A program made the position numbers and the translations under genes. DNA of 45,523 nucleotides from Candidatus Nanopelagicales bacterium (GTDB lineage Bacteria > Actinomycetota > Actinomycetes > S36-B12 > UBA5976), in NCBI GenBank assembly GCA_038124905.1, contig JAYPCW010000002.1:1-45523 (forward strand), given 5' to 3'. Below the pieces are notes generated by a model, which was not told where the DNA came from, made no database searches, and was given only the letters and a program-made list of their open reading frames with translations. Below are positions 1 through 9,731 of this stretch, in pieces (within the stretch, counting starts at the first letter, position 1; each line of letters begins with the position of its first letter).

Positions 1-863
1 AGCAGTTCTCTGGTAGCTTTCGCTTCTGCTTCACCTAGCGGTGCACCATGGCTTGCTGCAGTTCCTTTGGCGTTTGGCGCTGGCCAGGCAATTTCCGACT
101 GCAGTTGAATTAGGCAAGGACCAGATTGCGCTTTTGCTTTCTCAATGACTTTATAAATTTCTTGCGGATCTAAACTGCCCGATGGCGCAGTTTCAACTTT
201 AAAAACATTCCAGCCATAACTTTGGTATCTAAGTTTTACATCTTCAGTAAAGGCGCGATTGGTATCTCCATCTATGCTTATTTGATTGTCATCCCAGAAA
301 ACTATTAATTGATCCAACTTTAAGTGGCCAGCTAATGAAGATGCTTCACTAGTGATGCCCTCTTGTAAGTCACCATCGCTGGCAATCACATAGGTATAAC
401 TCGAAAACAATCCTTGAGATTGACTCAATTCGGGTTGCAAAAGTCCATGGGAATACCGGTTCGCTATCGCAACTCCAACTGCTGTTGCTAAGCCTTGACC
501 AAGCGGCCCGGTAGTCATTTCAACGCCCTTGGTGTGTCCAAATTCTGGATGACCTGGAGTGAGACTGTCTAGGGTTCTAAATTCTTTTAAGTCATCTAGC
601 GTTAAGCCATAGCCATTTAGAAATAACTGCGCATAAAGCAGCATGCTGGCGTGACCACAAGAGAGAATTAATCGGTCTCGACCCAACCAATTAGGGTCTC
701 GAGGATCATGCCGCATAACTTTATTAAAAAGTAAATGAGCCAAAGGCGCCAAAGCCATGGCAGTTCCCGGGTGACCATGACCAGCTTTTTCTACGGCATC
801 TAAGGCAAGAAGTCGGGCTGTAGTTACTGCCTTGTCATCTAAGTCACACCAGTTAAAGGTCAC
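1..863 (-). CDS. tkt: transketolase, N-terminal part (3' end runs off the window edge)
   Basis: Not in the ORF track because it is truncated. My reverse-strand translation starts at GTG (complement of 861-863): VTFNWCDLDDKAVTTARLLALDAVEKAGHGHPGTAMALAPLAHLLFNKVMRHDP...LILSCGHASMLLYAQLFLNGYGL...TPGHPEFGHTKGVEMTTGPLGQGLATAVG...ASDGDLQEG. These are classical ThDP-binding transketolase motifs. Divergent from ctaB, as in other actinobacteria. Confidence 0.9.
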   Translation of the reverse strand, partial: MTFNWCDLDDKAVTTARLLALDAVEKAGHGHPGTAMALAPLAHLLFNKVMRHDPRDPNWLGRDRLILSCGHASMLLYAQLFLNGYGLTLDDLKEFRTLDSLTPGHPEFGHTKGVEMTTGPLGQGLATAVGVAIANRYSHGLLQPELSQSQGLFSSYTYVIASDGDLQEGITSEASSLAGHLKLDQLIVFWDDNQISIDGDTNRAFTEDVKLRYQSYGWNVFKVETAPSGSLDPQEIYKVIEKAKAQSGPCLIQLQSEIAWPAPNAKGTAASHGAPLGEAEAKATREL

Positions 864-987
864 TAATCTTCCTTTGCGTTTTTATTGCGCCCAGCCTACC
901 CATCAAGGTAGTTCATTTCGTGGTGATCCATGTCTTGCACTAGCGTTAAGTTTTGAGAAGATTATTTAATTAGAAAAAGGGATCTAT

Positions 988-1887
988 TTGACCGCCCCAA
1001 CTACCGGTAAACCCAGTCGCGGAAAGTTAGCTGCCTATCTGGCTCTGACCAAACCGCGAATTATCGAGTTACTCTTAGTAACTACTGTTCCCACTATGTT
1101 TTTGGCATCCGGAGGTTGGCCAAATTGGCAAACAGTAATTTTCACTTTTGTTGGCGGAGCGCTAGCCGCCGGGGGAGCTAATGCCTTAAATAATGTAGCG
1201 GATAGTGATATCGATGTTTTGATGGAAAGAACCGGACATCGGCCGCTGGTAACCGGTGAAGTATCTACTAAAGGCGCGCTTGCGCTTGGTCTTGGTCTTT
1301 CATTCTTTTCAGTGATTTTCTTATCGTTGTTGGTAAATATTTTGTCTGCCGCGCTAGCGGCAGCAGCAGTTTTATTTTATGTTTTCATTTACACGCTTTG
1401 GTTAAAACGTCGTACTGCACAAAATATTGTCTGGGGAGGAATTGCCGGCTGCTTTCCAGTTTTGATTGGTTGGGCTGCAGTAACCAACTCGCTTTCTTGG
1501 GCACCAGTTGTCTTGTTCTTGGTTGTTTTCTGGTGGACGCCACCGCATTACTGGCCGCTTTCAATGCAATATCGAGATGACTATGCACGATCAAAAGTTC
1601 CTATGTTGCCAGTGGTAGCTCCAACTAAAACGGTAGTAAAAAATATCGTCATCTATTCATGGATTATGGCGTTAACTAGCATGGCGCTCCCGCTAGTTTC
1701 AGATGTTGGCTGGATATATTTAGTGATCGCTGGTTTAGCCAATTTAATTTTTTTATACCAAGCCCACGCATTGCAATATCGGGCGCTGGGCAATCTACCT
1801 ACAAAGCCAATGCGATTATTTAAATACTCGATTACCTATTTAGCGCTTATTTTCTTTGCGGTTGGGTTAGATCCTTTAATTGGCTAA
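988..1887 (+). CDS. ctaB: protoheme IX farnesyltransferase (heme O synthase)
   Basis: 299 aa polytopic UbiA-family protein. Asp-rich motif NNVADSDIDVLMERTGHRPLVTG and WTPPHYW are typical of CtaB/CyoE. TTG start. Confidence 0.9.
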   Translation: MTAPTTGKPSRGKLAAYLALTKPRIIELLLVTTVPTMFLASGGWPNWQTVIFTFVGGALAAGGANALNNVADSDIDVLMERTGHRPLVTGEVSTKGALALGLGLSFFSVIFLSLLVNILSAALAAAAVLFYVFIYTLWLKRRTAQNIVWGGIAGCFPVLIGWAAVTNSLSWAPVVLFLVVFWWTPPHYWPLSMQYRDDYARSKVPMLPVVAPTKTVVKNIVIYSWIMALTSMALPLVSDVGWIYLVIAGLANLIFLYQAHALQYRALGNLPTKPMRLFKYSITYLALIFFAVGLDPLIG

Positions 1888-2746
1888 AAAACGCATCGCG
1901 TATGTCAGCGCAGAACTAAACAAAGAGGATCCTGACCCGGATTTTGATTGGCCGATTTTTAAGCAGGCTTGTGAAGATTTGCCGCTTGATTTACGGTTAG
2001 TTAATTGGGATGACGCTTCTGTTGACTGGTCAGAATTTGACCTAGCGGTTGTGCGTTCACCCTGGAATTACAGTAATCAGCGTGAAAAGTTTGTTTCTTG
2101 GGCTTATCGAACTGAGCAGTTAACTAATCTCCAAAATCCAGCCAAAATAATCGAAGCCAATACCGACAAGCGTTACTTACTTGAATTAGCAAAGGTTGTG
2201 CCCATAATCCCTACTTTCTTTATCAAACAGGGTCAAGATGCAACACTAAAAATAAATGAGTTGTTTAACCAAAACCAAGCTTTAGCGATTAAACCAAGTG
2301 TTGGCGCGGGTGCTTCTTTGGCTTCCCGGGTGACTAACCCTTTAGCAGCAAAAGCCGCCATTGACAGAATTTTGCAGGCAGGGTTTGTCGCAATGGTTCA
2401 GCCATACTTTGAAGAAGTTGATACCGCTGGGGAAGTAGCAGTAGTTCTTGTCGGTGGTGAGATTTCCCACGCGGTAAGAAAGGTTCCAGCTTTAACAGTT
2501 GGGGGACATGGAGACCCGCAAGAAATAGTCGAGGTGACTGAGCAAATGCGGGATTTTGTTCAAAAGGTTTCTAGTCAAGTGAGCAATTTCAATGAACTGC
2601 TTTATGCCAGAGTAGATGTTGTTCCAACGAAGTCGGGCTTGGTTTTGATGGAGTTGGAAATGACTGAACCTACGTTATTTTTTGAACAGCGTCCGCACGC
2701 AGCAAATCTCTTAGCCAAGAAGGTTCTTGGATTGCTCTCTGGTTGA
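1880..2746 (+). CDS. ATP-grasp-like protein of unknown function
   Basis: 288 aa soluble protein. Layout is ...VDWSEFDLAVVRSPWNY...TDKRYL...AIKPSVGAGA...VMVQPYF..VDTAGEVAVVLVGGEISHAVRK...LYARVDVV...LMELEMTEP, which resembles RimK/glutathione-synthetase-type ATP-grasp ligases. Overlaps the ctaB stop by 8 nt. Function is not assignable by eye. Confidence 0.55.
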   Translation: MAKKRIAYVSAELNKEDPDPDFDWPIFKQACEDLPLDLRLVNWDDASVDWSEFDLAVVRSPWNYSNQREKFVSWAYRTEQLTNLQNPAKIIEANTDKRYLLELAKVVPIIPTFFIKQGQDATLKINELFNQNQALAIKPSVGAGASLASRVTNPLAAKAAIDRILQAGFVAMVQPYFEEVDTAGEVAVVLVGGEISHAVRKVPALTVGGHGDPQEIVEVTEQMRDFVQKVSSQVSNFNELLYARVDVVPTKSGLVLMELEMTEPTLFFEQRPHAANLLAKKVLGLLSG

Positions 2747-3685
2747 GAGAAGCATTTTTACCAGAAAAACCCAAAGAAGTACGGCTAGCGCTACATGCAC
2801 TGCTACTAGCGCCCAAGGAAGCCCGGTAAACCATTGGCTGTAACCCACTATCGCTTGGGCTGCAGCAATACCGATTACAAAGTTTAGATTTTTAGAAAGT
2901 GATGATTTTATCTTCATAACTTTTAGTAAGACAAATGATCCGATGAGCAAGCCGACAAATAACCAAACGGCATCTGCATGGAGCCAAGCCATGCTCCTCA
3001 CATCAAGGTTAAATCTGGCGGCTTCTGTGTCTCCTGAATGTGGGCCGCTACCGGTGGTAATCGTGCCTAGAATAATTACGATCAAACCAACACCAAAGGC
3101 ACTTTGAATCAGATAGTGTGCTGTGCCAGCTAAATCGGCAAACTTTTGAGTTTTCTTGGGGTTTTGAGCTTTCCAAATGAACCCTACCGCTAACGCAACT
3201 AAAACTATTGAGATAAGAAAATGTGCCATTACCGTAAATGGATTTAAGCTGGTAAGAACCGTGATGCCGCCTAGTACCGCCTGGAATATCGTTCCCAGCA
3301 AAGGTGCAGCTGAGAGAAATAAAAGTAATTTGTTTTTCTTAAATTTTTTAATTCCATAAATTAAAACCATGATCGCGATTGCTGCTAAAACAAACGTTAA
3401 AAGTCGGTTGCCAAATTCAATCCACTTATGAAATCCCTCCGCTTGGCTCGGAGTAGGGGTATAGGAGCCTGGAGCACATTGGGGCCAAGTAGGGCAGCCG
3501 AGTCCTGAGCCAGTGAGGCGAACTACTGCACCGGTAACGATGATCCCGGATTGGGCAAGCAAATTTGCATATAAAAGTCTTAAGCCAAATTTTGAGATCA
3601 CAAAATAAAGCCTACTGGTCAGTATTTTTTTGGCATTGTTTCGCTGAGGCCAGAAGATGCGCTGGTGTGAGGAATTAGTTAACAT
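2711..3685 (-). CDS. ctaA: heme A synthase (COX15/CtaA family)
   Basis: Polytopic membrane protein with VRLTGSGLGCPTWPQC near the N-terminus and conserved His in TM helices (MAHFL, WLHADA, AVHVAL). Start is ambiguous: ATG at 3685 or in-frame GTG at 3601. Confidence 0.85.
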   Translation of the reverse strand: MLTNSSHQRIFWPQRNNAKKILTSRLYFVISKFGLRLLYANLLAQSGIIVTGAVVRLTGSGLGCPTWPQCAPGSYTPTPSQAEGFHKWIEFGNRLLTFVLAAIAIMVLIYGIKKFKKNKLLLFLSAAPLLGTIFQAVLGGITVLTSLNPFTVMAHFLISIVLVALAVGFIWKAQNPKKTQKFADLAGTAHYLIQSAFGVGLIVIILGTITTGSGPHSGDTEAARFNLDVRSMAWLHADAVWLFVGLLIGSFVLLKVMKIKSSLSKNLNFVIGIAAAQAIVGYSQWFTGLPWALVAVHVALAVLLWVFLVKMLLSTREQSKNLLG

Positions 3686-4379
3686 GGGGGTTATGGAAAT
3701 AATGACCGAAACCCGCGAAAGGGTTGCCCGGCAAATTCTGACCGATGGCCCAATCTCCGCCTCGGCTTTGGCGAACCGTTTTAAGGTGAGCGATGTAGCA
3801 ATGCGCCGATTGCTTGATGCTTTAGAAGCAGCTGAATTAATTCGTGGTCATGAAGAAGCTCCTTTTGGCCCGGCAAAACCAAAAGGAAGAGGACGGCCTG
3901 CTCGAGTTTTTTCTATTACTGAAAAGGGTAGAAACTATTTTGAATCGGCTTACGACAAAATTGCCAATGATGCCGTTGATTACATCAATGAAATATCCGG
4001 AAAGCAAGGCATTAAGGAATTTGCCAAAAGACGCAGCATAAAATTAGCTCAAAAATTTTCAGTTTTTATCAAAGATAAAGATCCGCTTGAGAGAAAAGTA
4101 TTGGCGCTAAAAGAGCAATTGACTCGTGAAGGATATCTTGCTTCTGTTCAAGAAGAGATGGGTCCAACGCAAACTCTCTTACTCTGTCAGCATCATTGCC
4201 CAATTGGGCATGTGGCAACCGAGCATCCTGAATTCTGTGAGGCAGAAACTAAAATGTTTTCTGACCTACTGGGTGTCAATGTGACTCGGTTAAGCACCAT
4301 GGCAACCGGGGGCGAAGTCTGCACCTCGTTAGTAAGTAAACAAACCAGCAAAGCGCAAAAACTTGCGCAAAAAAAGTAA
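3657..4379 (+). CDS. sufR: SufR-type Fe-S-sensing transcriptional repressor of the suf operon
   Basis: N-terminal winged-HTH (ARQILTDGPISASALANRFKVSDVAMRRLLDALE). C-terminal Cys pattern C-x3-C-x12-C (LCQHHCPIGHVATEHPEFC) matches the three cluster ligands reported for M. tuberculosis SufR. Sits directly upstream of sufB. GAGG lies 7 nt before ATG 3657; alternative starts are 3684, 3693 and 3702. Confidence 0.8.
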   Translation: MRWCEELVNMGVMEIMTETRERVARQILTDGPISASALANRFKVSDVAMRRLLDALEAAELIRGHEEAPFGPAKPKGRGRPARVFSITEKGRNYFESAYDKIANDAVDYINEISGKQGIKEFAKRRSIKLAQKFSVFIKDKDPLERKVLALKEQLTREGYLASVQEEMGPTQTLLLCQHHCPIGHVATEHPEFCEAETKMFSDLLGVNVTRLSTMATGGEVCTSLVSKQTSKAQKLAQKK

Positions 4380-4388
4380 GGAACACCT

Positions 4389-5798
4389 ATGACAGTAGCT
4401 CGCCCAGAACTAGAAGGTCTTGGCAATTACGAATATGGCTGGCACGATGTTGATCCAGCTGGTGAAAGCGCAAAGCGTGGACTAAATGAAGCAGTTGTTC
4501 GCGACATCAGCGCTAAAAAGAATGAACCAGCTTGGATGTTAGAAAGGCGACTAAAGGGTCTAGAGCTTTTTGGTAAAAAGCCATTGCCTAATTGGGGAGC
4601 GGACCTTACCGGAATTGATTTTGACAATATTAAGTACTTTGTGCGTTCGACTGAGAAACAAGCTACTTCTTGGGATGAGCTTCCGGATGAAATTAAAAAT
4701 ACTTATGATCGCTTGGGAATTCCTGAAGCTGAGAAGCAAAGATTAATTGCTGGTGTTGCTGCTCAGTATGAATCTGAAGTGGTGTACCACAAAATTAGAG
4801 AAGATCTTGAAGAACAAGGCGTGATCTTTTTAGATACCGACACCGGTTTGAGAGAGCATGAGGACATTTTCAAAGAGTACTTCGGCTCGGTAATTCCGGT
4901 CGGTGACAACAAATTTGCCGCCTTAAACACAGCGGTTTGGTCAGGTGGCTCATTCGTCTATGTGCCAAAGGGAGTCCATGTAGAGATTCCACTTCAGGCG
5001 TACTTTCGCATTAACACTGAAAACATGGGACAGTTCGAAAGAACCTTGATCATCGTTGATGAAGATGCCTATGTGCACTATGTAGAAGGTTGCACTGCGC
5101 CTATTTACTCGTCAGATTCGCTGCATAGTGCGGTTGTTGAAATTATTGTGAAGAAAGGTGGGCGTTGCCGCTACACCACAATTCAAAACTGGTCTAACAA
5201 TGTTTACAACTTGGTTACTAAACGAGCGGTAGCTCACGAAGGTGCCACCATGGAATGGATCGATGGAAATATTGGTTCCAAAGTAACTATGAAGTACCCG
5301 GCAGTTTGGTTGACTGGCGAACACGCTAAAGGTGAAACCTTGTCGGTAGCTTTTGCTGGAGCAGGACAGCATCAAGATGCGGGAGCCAAAATGGTACACG
5401 CGGCACCAAACACCTCTTCGGCGATCATTTCTAAGTCTGTTGCTAGAGCCGGTGGTCGCACCTCGTATCGCGGCTTAATTCAGGTTGATGAAGGCGCTTT
5501 CAATGCCAAAACCACAGTTAAGTGTGATGCCTTGTTAGTAGATGACAATTCTCGTTCAGACACCTATCCCTATATTGATTGTCGCGAAGATGATGTCTCG
5601 ATGGGTCACGAAGCAACGGTATCTAAAGTCTCAGAGGATCAACTCTTTTACCTAATGCAAAGAGGAATGAATGAAGACGAGGCGATGGCAATGATTGTGC
5701 GTGGATTCGTAGAACCAATTGCCCGAGAGCTTCCTATGGAGTATGCAATTGAGCTAAATCGCTTAATCGAATTACAAATGGAAGGATCGGTTGGATGA
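4389..5798 (+). CDS. sufB: Fe-S cluster assembly scaffold protein SufB
   Basis: 469 aa with strong SufB signature throughout (e.g. [55 protein letters not shown]). Normal length, so no intein. Confidence 0.95.
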   Translation: MTVARPELEGLGNYEYGWHDVDPAGESAKRGLNEAVVRDISAKKNEPAWMLERRLKGLELFGKKPLPNWGADLTGIDFDNIKYFVRSTEKQATSWDELPDEIKNTYDRLGIPEAEKQRLIAGVAAQYESEVVYHKIREDLEEQGVIFLDTDTGLREHEDIFKEYFGSVIPVGDNKFAALNTAVWSGGSFVYVPKGVHVEIPLQAYFRINTENMGQFERTLIIVDEDAYVHYVEGCTAPIYSSDSLHSAVVEIIVKKGGRCRYTTIQNWSNNVYNLVTKRAVAHEGATMEWIDGNIGSKVTMKYPAVWLTGEHAKGETLSVAFAGAGQHQDAGAKMVHAAPNTSSAIISKSVARAGGRTSYRGLIQVDEGAFNAKTTVKCDALLVDDNSRSDTYPYIDCREDDVSMGHEATVSKVSEDQLFYLMQRGMNEDEAMAMIVRGFVEPIARELPMEYAIELNRLIELQMEGSVG

Positions 5799-6943
5799 GC
5801 GCCGGTTTAGTAGAAAGAGAAATCTTAGTAAAAAATCTCGACGCCAGACCTGATCGAATTCTTTCTCGCAATGCTAGTGACTTTTCTATCCCAACCGGTA
5901 GAGAAGAAGAATGGCGTTATGCACCATTAGCAAGATTCGGAGGTTTGACGACTGATGCTGCTCCTGATGCAAAAATTCAGTTCGTAGCGCGTCATGAATC
6001 AGCAGTTATCTCACGCGAATTAACTCGAGAAGATGAGACAACCTTTAAATCATTAGATCGAATTGGTGCCCGCGCAATCGAAAATTGGCAAACGGGAATT
6101 CTGATTGAAATTCCTGCAAATGCTGAAATTGCTAGCCCTATTTACCTGGACGTTACTACTGAAAAAGGTCTAGCTTTCGGTCATATCGTGATTAGAGCTC
6201 GCGAGAATTCAAAAGCGACTTTAGTAATTCAATACAAAGGCACAGGTCACGCTGCGGTCACTTTGGAGACACAAGCTGCCAGTGGAGCCCAGTTGGATTT
6301 GATTTCACTTTTTGATTCGGCACGAGATGCTGCTTTAGTAAGTGAGCACGAATTAAATATCGGAAAAGATGCTTTAGTTCGTTCCTTGGCAGTTCAACTA
6401 GGCGGGGATGTAATTCGCTACACCCCAAGAGCTAATTTCACTCAAGACCACGGGCAGGTAGAAATTTATGGTGGTTTTTTAGCAACTAATGGTCAATACA
6501 TTGAAAATCGGGTGTTGGTTGATCATAACCAGTCAGACTGCGTTAGCAATGTTTTGTTTCGCGGCGGCGGTCATGGCGACAAATCACACACCGTTTGGGT
6601 GGGGGATGTTTTGATTCGCGAGCACGCCACCGGAACAGATACCTATGAAATGAATCGCAACCTTCTGCTAGATGATGGCGCGAGAGCAGATTCTGTTCCA
6701 AATCTAGAGATAGAAACTGGCGACATTTTGCGTGCAGGTCACGCTAGCGTTACTGGGCGACTAGATGACGACCAACTCTTCTATATTCAAAGTCGCGGAA
6801 TCGATGCGGTTACCGCAAGAAGATTGGTTATCGAAGGGTTTTTTGCTGACATGTTTGGTGAATTTAAGAATCCTGAGGTTTCTGCATTGCTTGCCGAGCG
6901 CTTAGAGGAAACCATCTCTATGGCATTAAAGGAGCAAGCATGA
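5795..6943 (+). CDS. sufD: Fe-S cluster assembly protein SufD
   Basis: 382 aa SufB/SufD-family beta-helix protein (...[21 protein letters not shown]...). ATGA overlap with sufB. Confidence 0.9.
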   Translation: MSAGLVEREILVKNLDARPDRILSRNASDFSIPTGREEEWRYAPLARFGGLTTDAAPDAKIQFVARHESAVISRELTREDETTFKSLDRIGARAIENWQTGILIEIPANAEIASPIYLDVTTEKGLAFGHIVIRARENSKATLVIQYKGTGHAAVTLETQAASGAQLDLISLFDSARDAALVSEHELNIGKDALVRSLAVQLGGDVIRYTPRANFTQDHGQVEIYGGFLATNGQYIENRVLVDHNQSDCVSNVLFRGGGHGDKSHTVWVGDVLIREHATGTDTYEMNRNLLLDDGARADSVPNLEIETGDILRAGHASVTGRLDDDQLFYIQSRGIDAVTARRLVIEGFFADMFGEFKNPEVSALLAERLEETISMALKEQA

Positions 6944-7257
6944 GCTGGGCCGAGGTAACAAAGTTAGCTGATTTGCCGATAAATACTGCAAAAAAAGTAG
7001 AAGTTAATGGCGAAGAAGTCTGCTTAGTGCGCAATCAAAACGGAGTCTTTGCGGTGGCTGATGCCTGCACTCACGGGGCAGCTTCTTTAGCAGAAGGAAC
7101 AGTAACCGATAAAGGAATAGAGTGCTGGCTTCACGGCGCAGTATTCGATCTAGAAACAGGCGAGCCACAAAATCCGCCGGCTTCTACGGCAGTTGAAGTT
7201 TTTGAAGTAAAAGTAAATGGCGATGGTGACGATGCCGTTGTCTCGGTATCGGTCTGA
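6940..7257 (+). CDS. Rieske [2Fe-2S] ferredoxin-like protein embedded in the suf operon
   Basis: 105 aa. Rieske ligand motif C-T-H-x16-C-W-L-H (CTHGAASLAEGTVTDKGIECWLHG). ATGA overlap with sufD. Confidence 0.85.
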   Translation: MSWAEVTKLADLPINTAKKVEVNGEEVCLVRNQNGVFAVADACTHGAASLAEGTVTDKGIECWLHGAVFDLETGEPQNPPASTAVEVFEVKVNGDGDDAVVSVSV

Positions 7258-7267
7258 AAGGTAAAAA

Positions 7268-8032
7268 ATGAGTGAATTAGTAATAAAGGGCTTAAAAGTT
7301 TCTGTAGAAACCGATGAAGCGCGCAAAGAAATTTTGCGAGGAGTTGATTTAACTATCAACTCTGGCGAAGTGCACGCAATTATGGGGCCAAATGGTTCTG
7401 GCAAATCAACTTTGGCTTATGCGGTTGCGGGTCATCCGAAGTATCAAATCGATGAAGGCGAAATAACTCTAGATGGCGAAGACGTCTTAGAAATGAGTGT
7501 GGATGAAAGAGCTCGCGCCGGTTTGTTTCTTGCTATGCAGTATCCAGTTGAAATACCTGGCGTAACTGTAAGTAATTTCTTAAGAACCAGTATCACGGCA
7601 GTTCGTGGCGAGGCGCCAAAGCTACGTGACTGGATGAAAGAAATGAACAGCGCGATGAGCGAGATCGGAATGGATCCACAATTTTCAGAACGCAATGTCA
7701 ATGAGGGATTCTCTGGTGGCGAAAAGAAACGTCATGAGATTCTGCAATTGGAACTGCTAAAACCAAAGATCGCGGTATTAGATGAAACAGATTCTGGATT
7801 AGATGTGGACGCTTTAAGAATTGTTTCTGAAGGAATCAACCGTACCGTGGAGCGAAATAACACTGGCGTACTGTTAATTACCCACTACACCAGAATTTTG
7901 CGTTACGTAAAGCCAGATAAGGTCAGCGTGTTTGTTGATGGCAAAGTCGTTGAAACCGGAGGCCAAGAGTTAGCAGAAGAATTAGAAGCAAATGGATATG
8001 TGAAATTCACTAAGGCAGCCGCCTCAGTATGA
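7268..8032 (+). CDS. sufC: Fe-S cluster assembly ATPase SufC
   Basis: Walker A GPNGSGKST, signature FSGGEKKR, Walker B LDETDSGLD, ITHY H-loop. Position within the suf operon. Confidence 0.95.
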   Translation: MSELVIKGLKVSVETDEARKEILRGVDLTINSGEVHAIMGPNGSGKSTLAYAVAGHPKYQIDEGEITLDGEDVLEMSVDERARAGLFLAMQYPVEIPGVTVSNFLRTSITAVRGEAPKLRDWMKEMNSAMSEIGMDPQFSERNVNEGFSGGEKKRHEILQLELLKPKIAVLDETDSGLDVDALRIVSEGINRTVERNNTGVLLITHYTRILRYVKPDKVSVFVDGKVVETGGQELAEELEANGYVKFTKAAASV

Positions 8033-9291
8033 GTTTAGTTTCACAGAAAGTCGCGCTGGATGTGATGAGCATCCGGCGTGACTTTCCTATTTTGCAGGTA
8101 AAAGTGCGAAATGAAAAACCATTAATTTACCTAGATAGTGCTGCCACCAGTCAAAAACCCGAACAGGTTATAACTGCCGAAGCAAATTTTTATAGAGAAT
8201 TGAACTCAGGGGTGCACCGTGGGGCGCACTACCTTTCAGAATTAGCAACTGATGCCTATGAGCATGCTCGGGCAAGAGTAGCGGGTTTCGTGGGGGCGAA
8301 GCCTGAAGAATTAGTAATAACCAAAAACGCTACCGAGTCATTGAATTTATTGGCCTATGCCTTTAGCAATCAAAATAGTCCATTGCTTTTAAAAGCCGGT
8401 GATGAAATTTTGGTCACTGAAATGGAGCATCACGCTAATTTGGTGCCATGGCAACAAGTTGCCGAAAAGACTGGAGCCACTTTGCGGTGGATCCCGATAA
8501 CAGAATCTGGTGAGCTCTCTTACGAAAGTGTCGAACAGCTAATAACCGAAAAAACAAAAGTAGTTTCAGTAACTCAAATGAGTAATGTGCTTGGAACAAT
8601 CAATGATTTAGATTTCTTGGCAAAACGGGCGCGGGCAGTGGGTGCCAAATTCTTTGTAGATGCCTGCCAGTCAGTGCCGCACATGAAAATTGATTTTGCA
8701 AAAATGAACGCCGATGCCATTGCCTTTAGCGCGCATAAGATGCTCGGTCCACTTGGCATCGGGGTGTTGATAGCGCGTGAAGAATTACTGGATCAAATGC
8801 CGCCATTTTTAACCGGTGGCTCCATGATTGAAACTGTGGCAATTGATAGGTCCACATTTGCCAAAGCGCCAAAAAAGTTCGAAGCGGGCACACCTAACGC
8901 TGCTGGAATCGTGGCAACAGCTGCTGCTGTTAATTACCTCGAGAATATTGGTATGGAGCAAATTCGTGAACACGAAAAGGAATTAACCGATTACTTATTG
9001 AAAGGTTTGGCGCAAATTTCTTCAGTGAAGGTCTTCGCAGCAGAGGTCGCGCAACGAGGTAGTGCAGTGTCATTTGCTGTTGATCAAGTTCATCCACATG
9101 ATGTGGGGCAAGTGCTAGATGATGACGGTATCGCAATAAGAGTTGGGCATCATTGCGCATGGCCATTAATGAAAAAACTCAATGTGCATGCAACTAGCCG
9201 TATCAGCACTTATCTTTATAACGATAAGCATGAGATAGATAAATTTCTAACTTCTCTAGAGCGAGTAAAATCTTTTTTTGGAGTTAAGTGA
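8029..9291 (+). CDS. sufS: cysteine desulfurase SufS (class II aminotransferase V)
   Basis: 420 aa. PLP-Lys region FSAHKMLGP, catalytic-Cys region IRVGHHCAWP. ATGA overlap with sufC. Confidence 0.9.
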   Translation: MSLVSQKVALDVMSIRRDFPILQVKVRNEKPLIYLDSAATSQKPEQVITAEANFYRELNSGVHRGAHYLSELATDAYEHARARVAGFVGAKPEELVITKNATESLNLLAYAFSNQNSPLLLKAGDEILVTEMEHHANLVPWQQVAEKTGATLRWIPITESGELSYESVEQLITEKTKVVSVTQMSNVLGTINDLDFLAKRARAVGAKFFVDACQSVPHMKIDFAKMNADAIAFSAHKMLGPLGIGVLIAREELLDQMPPFLTGGSMIETVAIDRSTFAKAPKKFEAGTPNAAGIVATAAAVNYLENIGMEQIREHEKELTDYLLKGLAQISSVKVFAAEVAQRGSAVSFAVDQVHPHDVGQVLDDDGIAIRVGHHCAWPLMKKLNVHATSRISTYLYNDKHEIDKFLTSLERVKSFFGVK

Positions 9292-9731
9292 TGCAATTAG
9301 AGAGTTTGTATCAAGAAGTGATCCTTGATCACTATCGAAATCCTCGAGGAAAGGGCCTGAGAGGAGAGTGGCAAGGTGAATCTCATCAAGTTAATCCCAC
9401 TTGTGGAGATGAAATCACCTTACGGGTGAATTTGAATCGGGCTAAAGATCAGATTTTAGATATTTCTTATGAATCACAAGGCTGCTCGATAAGTCAGGCT
9501 TCCGCCAGCGTGATGTACGAGCAAGTAAATGAAAAGTCTTTAGCTGATTTTAAAAAAATCTTCGATGAGTTCTACGCCATGATGCAAAGTCAAGGTAAGT
9601 TCTCAGCGGATGAAGATTTAATTGGGGATGGAGTGGCTTTTATCGGAGTTGCTCAATACCCAGCAAGAGTAAAATGTGCCTTGTTAGCATGGATGGCAGC
9701 CAAGGACGCAATCGGAAAGGCAACACAATGA
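9288..9731 (+). CDS. sufU: SufU/IscU-like sulfur acceptor and scaffold
   Basis: 147 aa. LYQEVILDHYRNPRGKG, NPTCGDE, SQGCSISQAS and VKCALLAW are the three conserved Cys contexts of SufU. Confidence 0.9.
   Translation: MMQLESLYQEVILDHYRNPRGKGLRGEWQGESHQVNPTCGDEITLRVNLNRAKDQILDISYESQGCSISQASASVMYEQVNEKSLADFKKIFDEFYAMMQSQGKFSADEDLIGDGVAFIGVAQYPARVKCALLAWMAAKDAIGKATQ

Noticed and set aside
896-956. Small inverted repeat CTACC-N6-GGTAG (896-911) and an 8-codon mini-ORF (930-956) in the tkt/ctaB divergent region.
   Set aside because: The stem is too short to be meaningful, and the mini-ORF has no Shine-Dalgarno or known leader-peptide logic. The same applies to the 11-bp palindrome AGCCTAAGGCT at 12915-12925 upstream of fabG.
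4389-5798. Checked SufB for an intein, because M. tuberculosis SufB carries one.
   Set aside because: The ORF is 469 aa with uninterrupted SufB similarity. There is no extra domain and no intein splice-junction motifs.
9674-9727. N-terminal extension of the DUF59/SufT ORF (MCLVSMDGSQGRNRKGNT).
   Set aside because: It lies wholly inside sufU in another frame. ATG 9728 gives the canonical ATGA stop/start overlap and a normal DUF59 N-terminus.
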